From Octopus vulgaris (taxonomy: Eukaryota), in NCBI GenBank assembly GCA_951406725.2, contig OX597833.1, positions 18,166,001-18,230,000 of the forward strand: a stretch of DNA of 64,000 bases. Direction: 5' to 3'. Positions within the stretch are counted from its first letter, which is position 1, and every line of letters starts with the position of its first letter. The position numbers and the translations under genes are program-made. This document shows positions 42,390-55,445 of the stretch, piece after piece. The notes under the pieces were generated by a model that did no database searches, was not told the origin of the DNA, and saw only the letters and a list, made by a program, of their open reading frames with translations.

Positions 42390-42606
42390 TATGACAGTCA
42401 AGGCTGATCTGGAACCCAACCTAGGCCCCCATATCTACGGCGTTCGCCGCTGGAATAAGGAGTGGTTGGAGATCACGCGGTCGTTAGCCTCAAATCGCCA
42501 GGTCTGATCGGTATTTGTGAGAGATGCAGCATTGAGGATGAATGAAGCCAGCTCAACTCACCCCGGGTGAATGCTGTCTCAAGAAAAGACAAGACAAGAC
42601 AAGACC
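42390..42606 (+). pseudogene. RTE LINE extreme 3' end with (CAAGA)n tail
   Basis: TVKADLEPNLGPHIYGVRRWNKEWLEITRSLASNRQV*SVFVRD...STHPG* resembles RTE C-termini. Confidence 0.7.
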
Positions 42607-43539
42607 ATATATGTCTATCAAGGATTGGCATTTCGCGTCTCCTCGATATTAAAAGTTGCTAAATTTGGTACCCAAAGGATTTTCTGTCGTGTTCACATAT
42701 TTTTCAGGTCTGTTTGCTTGCTGGGATCTTTTGACATTACCATCGCTTCATATATGACTGTGTGTTGCATTGACCGTTAAGTGGACATGCGGTGCTGTTT
42801 CCGAACGAGCTTCCTGTCCCTGTCTCAGATATGGGCCTTCACACTACGATATTTTCCATGCTAGATGTACAACTAAAAGAAACTTTGATGATACGTCTAT
42901 TAGATACCTTTTTGGATTTATGAGTTTGGGAAAGTATTTATCGACTAAATTAAGAAAGATTAGTGAAGGAAAATTATTAATATTCATTTTCTATTTCTAC
43001 CACTTAGAGCGACTTGATGAGATGATTCAGCGACTACAACCAGACTCGAGTATTGCGTAACATCGTCATGCAGAAATGATAAAATTTTATTTCCAAAGTC
43101 TAAAATATGCGAAGCTTCGCCATATGATACGCACGTGGCAGCTACATTCGCTGAATTATCGCAAAAACTCGTTATAAACGGTGTAAACAGAAACTGAACG
43201 TTAAATCAATATTTTCATTCGTTGGTATAAACTTCTGTGTAGATAATATGTCAGAAGCTCTTGAATGTTTGGATGGTTGCAAATTGGCTCTGAGACACGA
43301 TGAAAATTACACGGTTGACTGACAATGGTAAATATTTTTTATTTTTCTCACTGGTGTACCTACAACGCAACAAGCTTTATTAACTAAGGGAGGTTAGTTG
43401 GGCATAAAAGTAACAGTTATTCTCCGTTGACACTTTTACTGAGAGAGAGTGTGAGTGGACAAGTGGAAATGAAACGAAGCAAAAATTTAATAAACGTTAA
43501 TTTCCTCACGAAATCAGATGTACCCTTAAGATATCCAAA

Positions 43540-43586
43540 TGGGCCGCATGCGGCCCGTGGACTGCAGTTTGCTCATGACTGCCCTG
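43540..43586. mobile_element. hAT-Charlie-type terminus
   Basis: GGGCCGCATGCGGCCCG palindrome followed by TTTGCTCATGACTG; upstream 42610-43540 may be decayed internal sequence. Confidence 0.5.
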
Positions 43587-43599
43587 TACAAAAGAACCA

Positions 43600-44011
43600 C
43601 TCAGCATCAAAGTCTCCATCAAAAGAAGTGCACTTGCGTCACTTTGAACCCAACTCTTGAATCCTCTTTGAAAATATTCCGATGTGCGCAGTTGCAGCCA
43701 TTTTTTCACCGTCACTTTTACCTCCGTTATGTCACCAAATCATGGTTCCCGAAGACTATCTCTCCTTGGATCCAACAGGTGGAAGTCAGAGCCAAGTTGA
43801 CCAATTGCTTGATTTGTTGCCAAAGATAGATATGGTCACGTACTGCTATGGTGAATGCAAATCGCCTTCAGATTCTTATTCCGTCTCGTCCTCTTTATGG
43901 CTTCTTTAAGCTTTCCGAGTGTTTCAATGTACGGCTCGATGTTCATGGCACACTACGTTCCAGAAAAACCAAGGACAATGACATCCTTGTAATACTCCGC
44001 CACACACACAC

Positions 44012-44080
<69 letters not shown>

Positions 44081-44620
44081 TAAATAAATAGTTACCATGG
44101 CTCTTCAGAAATTCGCATGCTGTTGAAGTTCCTGGATCTTAGAAAATAACTGTGACGCCATTCCTTGCAGTGGATCTTTATTTCCAAATTAAAGGTGCGC
44201 CCTCGTAACATCCTCTTTCACCAACTCGGGGGAAAGGAAAAAAATACCTTTTTTTTTCATTGGCTTCAAATGCTTCTAGCCGATTGAAGCAGTCTCCCAT
44301 CCTTCTCTGTTTCAAATCACGTGACAACTGCGATACCCAAAGTCTTATTCCATCTTCTGTGCTATGATTATAGTCTTGTACAGCAAGCTAACAGAACGTG
44401 ATTCGTCAATCGGCGCGAACCACTTCGTCCACCCGCTGTCGATTCGTATCGGTGGTCGCAATTGTTGGTCTTTCACTGAGCGGTTTGTTTTTAACGTTAG
44501 TCTCCCTTTCTTCAAACTTCTCCAAACATCTGTTACGGGTGTCGCCTTTGTAAACAACATATAGCATGTTGTAGGTTCCAGAAAACCTCCACCCTTACTT
44601 CAAGAACACAACGTTAAATA
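43600..44620 (-). pseudogene. Old mariner transposase relic interrupted by (CA)n
   Basis: Fragments ERPTIATTDTNRQRVDEVVRAD*RIT, YIETLGKLKEAIKRTR and SDFHLL...VKVTVKKWLQLRTSEYFQRGF occur in mariner order. Confidence 0.75.
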
Positions 44621-44664
44621 TGCTTAAAAAACATTATTTGCCTGCCATAAAGAAGAACATGTCG

Positions 44665-44908
44665 AAGCGCGTGGCTTAGTGGTTAGGGTGTCAGCATCAT
44701 GATCGTAAAATTGTGGTTTCGATTCCTGGACCGGGTGACGAGTTGTGCTCTTGAGCAAAAGACGTCATTTCACGTTGCCCCAGTCCGCTCAGCTGGCAAA
44801 AATGAGTAACGCTGCGATGGACTGGCGTCCCGTCCAGCTGGGAAGCACATACGCCAATAAAACCGGGAAACCGGGCCCATGAGCCTGGCTAGGTTTTAAA
44901 AGGGTGCT
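44665..44908 (+). mobile_element. SINE-C head with tail type iii
   Basis: GAGTAACGCTGCGATGGACTGGCGTCCCGTCCAGCTGGG...GAAACCGGGCCCATGAGCCTGGCTAGG, shared with 53668-53983. Confidence 0.8.
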
Positions 44909-45322
44909 CTTTACCCTCTTTTACTCTTTTACTCGTTTCAGTCATTTGACTGTGGCCATGCTGGAGCACCGCCTCTAGTCGATCGAGCAAATCGACCACA
45001 GGACTTATTCTTTGTAAGCCTAGTACTTATTCTATCGGTCTCTTTTGCCGAACCGCTAAGTTATAGGGACGTAAACACACCAGCATCGGTTGTCAAGTGA
45101 TGTTGAGAGGACAAACACAGACACACAAACATACACACACACACACACGCACGCACACACACGTACACACACACGCATATATATTTACATATACACGGCA
45201 GGCTTCTTTCAGTTTCCGTCTACCAAATCCACTCACAAGGCTTTGGTCGGCCCGAGGCTATAGTAGAAAACACTTGCCCAAGGTACCATACATTGGGACT
45301 GAACCCGGAACCACGTGGTTCG
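44909..45322 (-). mobile_element. SINE-A
   Basis: Match to SINE-A. Confidence 0.88.
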
Positions 45323-45624
45323 TAAAGAACAACAAGCAAACGTGTTAATCTACCAATACGTGCAACTGAGAACTATTTATATAAAGTAATATAAAAGTTA
45401 AGTCCGCTTTTGCATCACTTCCTGTACATCTCTTGTAGTGAATATGCAGAACACTACGCTACTATGTCCCCCCCTCCCCCGCCGCTCATTTGTATTGTTG
45501 ATGTATTGGATAGTTGGCTGAGATTTAGTGTTTGGTAAATAAAGACTGGTGCCAAGACAAAAGCAAGAAATCTTCACCTTCTGGCACACTGCCAGCAGTT
45601 AACATGACTGGTGATATCATTCGC

Positions 45625-45653
45625 TGTGTGTGTGTGTGTGTGTGCGTGTGCGT

Positions 45654-45695
<42 letters not shown>

Positions 45696-45765
45696 AACGT
45701 GCTTGTGCAAAACCTGTGTGAGTGTGGGGAGTTCGTGTGTGCTTCTGACTAATTATGTATGTATT

Positions 45766-45797
<32 letters not shown>

Positions 45798-45815
45798 TGT
45801 ATGTATGTATGTATT

Positions 45816-45847
<32 letters not shown>

Positions 45848-46126
45848 TGTGTGTATGTGTGTGTATGTATGTATGTATGTATGTATGTATGTATGTGTAT
45901 GTATGTGTGTGTGTATGTGGGTGTATGTATGTGTGTGTGCGTGTATGTGTGTGTGTATACATGTATGTGCGTATATGTGTGTGTATGTATGGTGTGTATG
46001 TATGCATGTTTGTATGTATGTGTGTATGTATGTGTGTGTGCATGCATGCATGTGTGTGTATGTATGCATGTATGTACGTGTATGTGTGTGTATGTATATA
46101 TGTCTGTGCGCGCGCGTGCGCGTGTG
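45625..46126. repeat. (TG)n/(TATG)n microsatellite
   Basis: Direct reading. Confidence 0.95.
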
Positions 46127-46787
46127 AGGTGGAGGCAAAAGTGGAGGTGTCTAGTTAAAGATAATTTATACCATTTGTTATTCGTAACGACAGAAGCGGT
46201 GTCTTTGTGGTATTTATACAAAAGTGGGAGAAGAAAAATAATTAAAAGTGATCAATGACTCGTATTTGAATAACGCAGACAAATACAGGTATGTCAAATA
46301 CCATACAACATAAATTCTTAGTATTTGTCTGTTTCTAGACCCGGGGTAGTTGTTGTTGTTGTTGGTTAGCCGTAGGTCAGCCTTCATCAAGTGAATTTAT
46401 GATCAAAGGCATTCCGGCCATGACCGTCCTGCCTTTTTCCTCCGTACGAATAAGCCAGGACTACATTATTCATTGTATCCTTTCTTAGGTGGAAGGATGT
46501 GATTTATGGAAGATTTAGCTATTTTTTCTAGCAGGTTAGAAGATCACATAGAGTTGCTATTGTTTGTCCAGGACAAACAACGACAACTCCGTGCGGGACA
46601 AAACGCTCATCGATATTTGTTTCGGCTCTTTACATTCTGAGTTCAAATGCCGCCAAGGTCGACTTTATCTTTCATATTTTAAGGGTCGATGAAAGAATGA
46701 CCAGATGAACAGTGGGGTCGATTCAATCGGCTGGCCTTCTCCAAAATTCCAGGCCTTGTTGCCTATAGAAGAAAAGTTATTTATAAT

Positions 46788-47028
46788 CAGTCAAGGGTAA
46801 ACTGCGGCCCGTGGTAGTTTCTGAATTGCACATCTCATAAAAAAATGACCGTTTTTGCTAGCAGTGCGGCCCGTGAGTTTCTAAATTATACGACTCACAA
46901 AAAATTACTTTCACTTTTTTAATAGTGCGGCCCGCGGGAGCTTCTGAATGGCACACTTAACGAAAAATTACTTTCGCTATTTGTTTTAGTAGTGCGGACC
47001 GCTTCTCGAAAATGGCTGCCCACGTCTG
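46788..47028. mobile_element. hAT-Charlie-like MITE with four ~60-67-bp internal repeats
   Basis: TGCGGCCCG-type motif at 46803, 46866, 46926 and 46993; CAG...CTG ends with imperfect TIR; TSD not clean. Confidence 0.6.
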
Positions 47029-47414
47029 GTTTCTAATGATGGTCAGCAGTTGGTAGTGGTGGTGGCGGCGGCGGTGGTGGTGGTGGTGGTGGTGATAGGC
47101 GGTTGCTGCAGCGGTGATAGTGTTAATGGTTTTGGTGTAGAGGTGGATGCGTTCGTAAAAGAACGGTTCGTGGGGGTGATGACGGTGTGTGGAGGTAGGA
47201 CAAAACGATGTTTAGAGATGTCGGTTGCCGTAGTAATGGGGTAACAGTTGTACTGTTGAGGATAAAAAAGTAATTGTAAAGTAGTATTAGCAGTAGTAGT
47301 ACTTAGTACTTGTAGGTGGGGGTGTTGATAGTAGTAGTAGTAGTAGTAGGCGAGTTATTAATAATGGCATCGGAAGTGAAAACAAACAACGAGAGTAATG
47401 ATGCACGGGTGTTT

Positions 47415-47668
47415 ATGTTGGTGGTGGTGGCAGCGGTGGTGGTGGTGGTGGCAGCGGTGGTGGTGGTGGTGGTGGTAGTGGTGGTGGTGGTGGAGGTGGT
47501 GGTAATGGTGGTGGTGGTGGAGGTGGTGGTAATGGTGGTGGTGGTGGTGGTGGTGGTGCTTGTGCTGGTGCTGGTGGTAGTGGTGGTGGTGGTGGAGGTG
47601 GTGGTGGTGGTGCTGGTGCTGGTGCTGGTGTTGGTGGTGGTAGTGGTGGTGGTGGTGGTGGTGGTGTG
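47415..47668. repeat. (GGT)n trinucleotide tract
   Basis: Direct reading; poly-V/H/P ORFs are artefacts. Confidence 0.95.
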
Positions 47669-47996
47669 TAATATTGCGCGAAGATGTCGGCAGAGAACGA
47701 GCTGAGTGGTGGAGGGTAGCAGTCGGCGGCGGTGTAGGAGTAGGAAAGAGATTCTGTGCCTGACGAACGAACGAAGATGAAGATTGGCTGCGAGGGAGAT
47801 GATATACTATAAGATGAACGTGGGACATAAAGATTATAACCAACGAAAGTGATACACACATACATGTGTGAGCGCGCATATATATATATATATATAATAA
47901 ATTAATAAATAAAATAAAACATATGCATATATATAAACATATATGTACGTACCTACCTCTACATGTACATATACACGCATATATGAGTACAGGACA

Positions 47997-48052
<56 letters not shown>

Positions 48053-48147
48053 AAATCAAAATAAGCAACAAGTATATCCAATTTTGCTGATATATATATA
48101 TGTTGTAAATTCTCACTATATTATATATATATATATATATACATGAC

Positions 48148-48188
<41 letters not shown>

Positions 48189-48272
48189 ATAAAAATATAT
48201 GAATAAATATATACACATACACACTCATACACACACACTTGCACTCTCTCCCACACATATAGTAGTAGTAGC

Positions 48273-48313
<41 letters not shown>

Positions 48314-48335
48314 CAGTAGTAGAAGTAGTAGTAGC

Positions 48336-48369
<34 letters not shown>

Positions 48370-48759
48370 ACAGCAGTGGTGGTGGTGGTGGTGGTGGCGG
48401 ACCACCTGGCTGAGAACGTGGAGGCTGATAAAACCAGATGTGGTCGAAATTAAGAATTAAAAACAAAAACAAAAAAAATAATAATAAATAAATAATTTTT
48501 AAAAAATGGCAAGAGCAATAAAACTAATAAACAGATAAACAGACCAAGGAAAGAAAGGCAAGCATAGATATAAATAGACAGAAACAGACATACATAGATA
48601 TAAATAAAATGAAAGACAGAAATGAAGGCAGGAGGAAACCAACCAACGAACCCGCCAGCCAGCCAACAACCAGCCGACAAGCCAACCAGCCGACAAGCCA
48701 GCCGACCAACCAAATTAACCTAAACAAGTTAACTACGCTCAAAAGACACAAAACGGTGT

Positions 48760-49211
48760 GAAGTTTTCGGCTGCAGTCAGGCTGGCTCTGCATTCTTCTG
48801 GTTAAATACAGCAACTGTGAGATTTTATATACTTTTCGAAGAGGATTCTTTATAAGTTCTTCTTAATTTTTGCTCTTTCTTGCCGTCGCTGTCTTTATAA
48901 TTTTCTCTGTGGTCTCTCTCTTTTCCGTGTGTCTTTCGTACTCTGCTACTGAAAGAAGATAATAGCAACAGCAACCAGGATAATAACGACAACGAAGACA
49001 AACGTTATCGTATTTATGGATCAATGACTACGGTGTCACTACCATCACAATCACCGGCACCACCACCAAGAACACCGACAACAACAGTTTGACACGGACA
49101 CACAGACACACATATAAAGCATAAAACATTAAATCATAACAGTAATATTTAATAAATGCAATCAAGCTGAAAGATTGAGAGACGAAGGAAAACTTAAGAA
49201 ATCCAAGCTTG
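48760..49211 (+). other. Candidate 5' UTR exon of a host gene
   Basis: TE-free stretch ending in a strong donor TTG|GTAAGT at 49211/49212; no ORF; start uncertain. Confidence 0.3.
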
Positions 49212-49484
49212 GTAAGTACCGAAAAAAAAAAACCCCAAACAAAACACAGACAGGTTCTTGTTTTCTGTTTATATATAGAGTAGTTTTGACTTTAAGAGTC
49301 CCTCCTAGCATGTGGCATTTATGTGTAGTAATGCCCTCTATATAATATAAATAAATATATTTAAGTGAAAAAATTGGTGGATTTTTTCTCTTATGAGGTT
49401 TTTCACACTGACTACTTGATAAATTCTAATGAAAATTTTATCCTATTTTTAAATTGTATATATATATATTTGATACTGATTAGA

Positions 49485-49535
49485 AGATCGCTGAAGATTG
49501 TCGGAGCAGACATGAAACATTTGTAGTGGCGGTTT
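49485..49535 (+). ncRNA. Minimal type I hammerhead motif
   Basis: CTGAAGA (49491)-TTGTC-GGAGCA-GACAT-GAAAC-ATTT-GTA (49523-49525); stem I weak. Confidence 0.5.
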
Positions 49536-49717
49536 ATTTAATTTATATTAAAATTTTATGTATTGATTAAGTCTTTCTTTGTTTGGTTTTAAAATAGTGG
49601 TTTTGTCTCGAATTATATTATATAATATTTTACTATAAAATTGGATTTAACCCTAAATCTGATTTTTCTCTATATATTCATTCCCTAATATTTATTATTA
49701 TATATATATATATATAT

Positions 49718-49987
49718 GGCATTCCTTCGATATAACTCGACAAAATCAAAACATTTCACTTCGAGTATTCCGTGGGTTGTGGAGTATAGATATAACGAAA
49801 TTATGCCAGCAAATGTTTCGTTTTAAACTTGAAGACAAAAAAAGCCTTGCATATTTGTTCTTACCTGTTTCAGGTGTGTAGGTAAAATCCGAAAATTTCC
49901 AAACAGAAAACAGAATCGAACTGTCATTTGCTTCCACGGAAATAGACGAAGTGAAATGTTTTGATTTTGTCGAGTTATATCGAAAGA

Positions 49988-49992
<5 letters not shown>
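49718..49992. mobile_element. MITE-like element with ~48-bp inverted ends in (TA)n
   Basis: GGCATTCCTTCGATATAACTCGACAAAATCAAAACATTTCACTTCG with a near-perfect reverse complement ending at 49992. Confidence 0.75.
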
Positions 49993-50052
<60 letters not shown>

Positions 50053-50088
50053 ATATAATATGATATAGTATAAGGCAATCAGTTGTCA

Positions 50089-50144
50089 TAATAATACTCA
50101 GAGTTTCAGATGCCAGGGCTAATGGACATCCTCATCAGTTAGTA
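50089..50144 (-). ncRNA. Type I hammerhead motif within an inverted duplication (50077-50209)
   Basis: Minus strand TACTAA-CTGATGA-GGATGTCCA-TTAGCCC-TGGCATCT-GAAAC-TCTGA-GTA-TTATTA. Confidence 0.65.
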
Positions 50145-50283
50145 AGACAGAGGATGTCCTTTAGCTTTGGCATCTGAAATTCTGAGTATTATGACAACTA
50201 ACTGATTGTCCTATATTATATATTTATAGATAAATTCCTCTATTTACATAATATCGAAGTCTCATTCATTCTTTTGTTGTCAT

Positions 50284-50303
50284 ATTATTATTATTATTAT
50301 TAC

Positions 50304-50387
<84 letters not shown>

Positions 50388-50425
50388 CATTATTATGGTT
50401 ATTATTATTATTATTATCATTATTA

Positions 50426-50492
<67 letters not shown>
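50284..50492. repeat. (TTA)n microsatellite
   Basis: Direct reading. Confidence 0.95.
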
Positions 50493-50497
<5 letters not shown>

Positions 50498-50498
50498 A

Positions 50499-50726
50499 TG
50501 TGACCGCGTGTGTACCGTTGGCGATTTTTTTTTCCTCCGTCTTCCCTTCTCTGGATCTTTCCTTTTCCTATGTTTCTGACATAGTATTATTGGACGCTCA
50601 GGAAGGAAGGGAAGAAGGAGGGTTTAACGTTTCGAGCGGAGCTCTTCGTCGGAAACATAGGAGAAGGAAAGATCCAGAGAAGGGAAGACGGAGGTAAAAA
50701 AAATCGCCAACGGTACACACACGGTC

Positions 50727-50728
<2 letters not shown>
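50499..50728 (-). mobile_element. Penelope-like terminal fragment with inverted duplication and hammerhead-like core
   Basis: About 80-bp inverted arms; minus strand CCGACGA-A-GAGC-TCC-GCTC-GAAACGTTA (U4>C; the inverted arm retains CTGAC). Confidence 0.6.
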
Positions 50729-50780
<52 letters not shown>

Positions 50781-50851
50781 TATGCGAACTATGCTCCTAA
50801 GAGCCCATGGCGAAACTGTTTATCAGTGTATGTTTTTCCAACGGATTTCCT

Positions 50852-50933
50852 ATTTTCTTCCTGAAGAGAAAGACCATATGGTCCCATTATTCCATCGGAT
50901 TTGTATTTGTCTTCGAAACATGTAGAATGAAAT
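50852..50933 (+). ncRNA. Type I hammerhead ribozyme motif, canonical core
   Basis: ATTTTCTTC-CTGAAGA (50861)-GAAAGAC...GTCTTC-GAAAC-AT-GTA (50922-50924)-GAATGAAAT; G10.1-C11.1 pair; palindromic stem III ACATGT. Confidence 0.7.
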
Positions 50934-50982
50934 AAAACGATTTCTGTTCAATTCGTTCAGCTCCATTTCAATTCACCAATAG

Positions 50983-51022
<40 letters not shown>

Positions 51023-51083
51023 GTGTGCATATGTACATGCATACATGGATAATTTGTCAAAAGCGTGGATTAGAGAATTTTGG

Positions 51084-51128
<45 letters not shown>

Positions 51129-51534
51129 TTCTTAACACTTTGATCACATTTAATGACAATTATAATTCTCATTTTGGTTGCAACCTGTTGTTTATATTAA
51201 TTTTATATAGATGTATATATATAGAGAGAGACATATATGTACGTTTGTATGTATGTACCTTGGTGTTTGTCCCACTCCACGATTGCTCGAGAACCGGTAT
51301 TGATTTGTTAACGTTCCCGCAACATAGCGGTTTGCCAAAAGCGACCGATTTGACTAAAACCCTTCAAACTGGTGCCCCAGCATGGCCACAGTCCAATAGT
51401 TGAACCAACAAAAAGATAAAAGATAGACTGTAATTCATGATACGTTGGCCAGGGTTTGTTTTCAAAACAAATAAACATGAAAAACAATTCTATCGTAAAA
51501 CTTGAATGTTATATTATTTTCTTCTCCAGCAAGA

Positions 51535-51607
51535 CGTTCCGAGGTGAAATAGTTATCATGGCTGCTTTACACGTGGGAGGTCGCTAGTTCGAATCTTGCT
51601 GGAACCT
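51535..51607 (+). pseudogene. tRNA-Val(TAC)-like pseudogene
   Basis: GTTCC...GTTATCA..GCTGCTTTACACG...GGTCGCTAGTTCGAATC...GGAACC follows eukaryotic tRNA-Val(TAC), but stems are mispaired. Confidence 0.6.
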
Positions 51608-51964
51608 TAGATGCGTCGTTAGTTTCACTTTAATGCGACGAGCTGGAAGAGTCTTTACCTCGTCGGATGAAATGTTTAGTGGCAATTCGTCCGTTTTTAA
51701 GATGTGGGTTCAAATTCCGCCATGATCGACTTTGCTTTTCATCCTTTCGGGGTCGATAAATTCCCCTGTCGATCACTGGGGTCGAAACAATTGACTAGCT
51801 CCCAGTCCCTAAAATTTCAGGCTTTGTACCTAGAGTGGAAGGGATTATGTTTTTTCTCAAGCAAGAAAGCCGAGAATAGCAAAGTCGGTAGAGCTTTGGA
51901 CAAAATGCTGCGTTGTATTTGGTTATATCTTTCAATGTTCTTGGTTCAAATCCCACCAGAAGCT

Positions 51965-52380
51965 AAAGGAGGCGAGCTGGCAGGAAAGTTAGCACGCCGG
52001 GCGAAATGCGTAGCCGTATTTATCTGCCGTTACGTTCTGAGTTCAAATTCCACCGAGGTCGACTTTGCCTTTCTTCTTTTCAGGGTCGATAAATTAAGTA
52101 CCAGTTACGCATTGGGGTCGAAATAATCGACTTAATCCGTTTGTCTGTCCTTGTTTGTTCTCTCTGTGTTTAGCCCCTTGTGGGTTGTAAAGAAATAGGT
52201 ATTTCGTCTACCGTTACGTTCTGAGTTCAAATTCCGCCGAGGCCGACTTTGTCTTTCATCCTTTCGGGGTCGATAAATTAAGTACCAGTTACAAACTGGG
52301 GTCGATATACTCGACTTAATCCATTTGTCTGTCCTTGTTTGTCCCCTCTACGTTTAGCCCCTTGTGGGTAGTAAAGAAGT
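51965..52380 (+). mobile_element. SINE-B dimer
   Basis: Flanking duplication AGCTAAAGGAGG; standard junction. Confidence 0.88.
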
Positions 52381-52971
52381 AAGGAGCTAAAGGAGGTGTT
52401 TTTCATACTTGCTGAGTTTATAGAATAACTAACAAGTAAAGTGTTGGTTGGACGTGGGGGTGGAGTTAAATTAATTGACCATACCCCTACTTCCTTCGCA
52501 AATGTGGTATTGTACTGAAATTAAAAATGCGTATCATTCCATTCAGATTTCAGGTACTGCTGCGGTCAACGTTGCTTTTCATTATTCTTTGATTGATGAA
52601 ATAGAGTACATCTATCCTCGTTTGCCACCGATCCATTTATCACTGATTCATTTATCATCGATTCATTTATCACTGATTCATTTATTATTGATTCGATATG
52701 CTTAGTTGTGAACCGTGTGAGCTTTTAACGAACCGATCTGTGATAGCAGAGGGTGGTGAGCAGTCAAAGATCCTGTTTGGGCCATAAAAAAAAGAAAAAA
52801 TGCGCCCTTGCGATCATCCACAGAGCTCAGGATAACTTGGAGTCTCACAAGAAAACCTATTCCACCGCTACCCTCCATAAGTTCTATTATTCAGTCATCA
52901 ATGATTCATTTAACACGTAGTTTTTTTTTTTTGCCACTAAACATTCGTGACAGATCAATTAGATCAATTAA

Positions 52972-53405
52972 AAGACGGCGAGCTGGTAGAAACGCTAGCA
53001 AGCCGGATGAAATGCTTAGCGATATTTCGTCTGTCTTTACGTTCTGAGTTCAGATTCCGCCGAGGTCAACTTTGCCTTTTATCCTTTCGGGGATCATTAG
53101 ATCAATTGCCAGTCGCTCTAATTGACTGGCCCTCTCCCACAAATTTCAGGCCTTGTCCCTACAGTAGAAAGGATTATTATTATTATTAAGATGGCGAAGT
53201 AGCAGAACTTTTAGCCCCCCGAACAAAATGCTTAGCGGTATTTCATCCGTCTTTATGTTCTGAGTTCAAATTCCGGTGAGGTTGAATTTGCTTTCAATCC
53301 TTTCGGGGTCGATAAAATTAGTACCAGTTCAACAGAGGGGTTGATGAAATTGACTTATCCACTCCCAAGAAATTGCTGGCCTTGTGCCAAAATTTGAAAC
53401 CAATA
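52972..53405 (+). mobile_element. Two SINE-B copies with alternative tails
   Basis: Tails ...GCCTTGTCCCTACAGTAGAAAGGATT and ...GCTGGCCTTGTGCCAAAATTTGAAACC. Confidence 0.8.
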
Positions 53406-53667
53406 TTCGTAGAGTTTAGAGCGTGTTGTTCAATGTGACTACCCCTAATTCGGGAAAATCAAAAACCAGATCGATGTTGTACCTGTATTCTCATCTTTTG
53501 ACCTTATCACATCCTTCGTATCATCTCTATAACGATAATTGCCAAGTGTATTATAATGAAGAGCCCTTTGATTATTTATTCCTTTGTATATATGGTTTAA
53601 TACAGTTTACTACGACAGCTTCGTGATGTAATCAATGGTACGTCATTAGCAATTTATTTAATAATAC

Positions 53668-53983
53668 GGGGGTGCAATGGTCCAGTGGTTAGGGCAGCGG
53701 ACTCGCGGTCGGAGGATCGCGGTTTCGATACCCAGACCGTGCGTTGTGTGTGTTTATTGAGCGAAAACACCTAAAGCTCCACGAGGTTCTGGCAGGGGTT
53801 GGTGGCGACCCCTGTTGAACTCTTTCGCCCCAACTTTCTCTCACTCTTTCTTCCTGTTGAGTAACGCTGCGATGGACTGGCGTCCCGTCCAGCTGGGGGA
53901 ACACATACACCACAGAGACCGCGAAACCGGGCCCGTGAGCCTGGCTAGGCTTGAAAAGGGCGCATAAATAAATAAATAAATAA
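53668..53983 (+). mobile_element. SINE-D with tail type iii
   Basis: Flanking duplication ATTTAATAATAC; (TAAA)n end. Confidence 0.88.
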
Positions 53984-54311
53984 ATTTAATAATACATCTA
54001 TCACTTTCGTTTTTAATGTTCATATCGCTAGTTAAAGGCGGTGAGCTGGCAGAATCGCTACACACCGGGTAAAATGCTTAGCAGCATTTCGTCTGTCTTC
54101 ATGTTCTGTGTTCGAATCCCGTGGAGGTCGACTTTGCCTTTCATCCTTTCTGGATCGTTAAAATAAGGACCAGTTAAACACTGGAGTCGATCTAATCGAT
54201 TTACACCCGCCCCCAAAATTGCTGGGCATGTGTCAAGATTTGAAAACAATGTTGATACTGCTAGGTGTTGGTCTGTTCATTTTGTTTTGTTTCTAAAATC
54301 TTCCAGAATAT

Positions 54312-54521
54312 ACTCTTTACACTTTTACTTGTTTCAGTCATTTGACTGTGGCCATGCTGGAGCACCGCCTTTAGTCGAGCAAATCGACCCCGGGACTTAT
54401 TCTTTGTAAGCCTAGTACTTATTCTATCGGTCTCTTTTGCCGAACCGCTAAGTTACGGGGACATAAACACACCAGCATCGGTTGTTAAGCAATGTTGGGG
54501 GGATAAATACAGATACACAAA

Positions 54522-54615
<94 letters not shown>

Positions 54616-54782
54616 CATATATACGACGGGATTCTTTCAGTTTCCGTTTACCAAATCCACTCACAAGGCTTTGGTTGGCCTGAGGCTATAGTAGAAGACA
54701 CTTTGCCCAAGGTGCTACTCAGTGGGACTGAACCTGAAACCATGTGATTGTTAAGCAAGCTACTTACCACACAGCCACTCCT
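54312..54782 (-). mobile_element. SINE-A
   Basis: Full copy. Confidence 0.9.
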
Positions 54783-55445
54783 TTTTTTTCCTATTTAAAC
54801 TCAGTGTTCTGCAACATACTCTGCTATACATTTCTCAAAATGAATAACCATGAAATGAATGGAAACCAGACCTCTTGGTTTCAGCTTCAGTCCCACTGTC
54901 CAATGTCTTGAGCAGGCGTACTATATACCTCCGGCCAACTGGACGGAAACTGAGTGGCAGCCTGTCATGTATGTGTGTATGTGTGTGTGTGTGTGTATGT
55001 ATATGTGTGTATATATGTGTGTGTATATATGTGTGTGTATATGTGTGTTTATGTATGTGTACATATGTGTATGTGTGCATGTGTGTGTGTATATATGTAT
55101 GTGTATATATGTGTGTGTATATGTGTGTGTATATGTGTGTTTATGTATGTGTACATATGTGTGTATGTGTGTATGTGTGCGTATGTGTATATATGTGTGT
55201 GTGTGTATGTGTGCGTAAGTGTGTGCATGTGTGTGTATATATGTGTGTATATGTATGGGTGTGTATGTGTGTGTATATGAGTGTTTATATGTGTGTATAT
55301 GTGTGTGTATGTACGCATGTGTGTGTACGTCTGTATGTGTGTGTGTATGTCTGTGTATGTGTGTGTATGTCTGTGTATGTGTGTGTATGTCTGTGTATGT
55401 GTGTGTGTACGTCTGTGTGTGCGTGTGTGTGTGTGTGTGTGTCTG

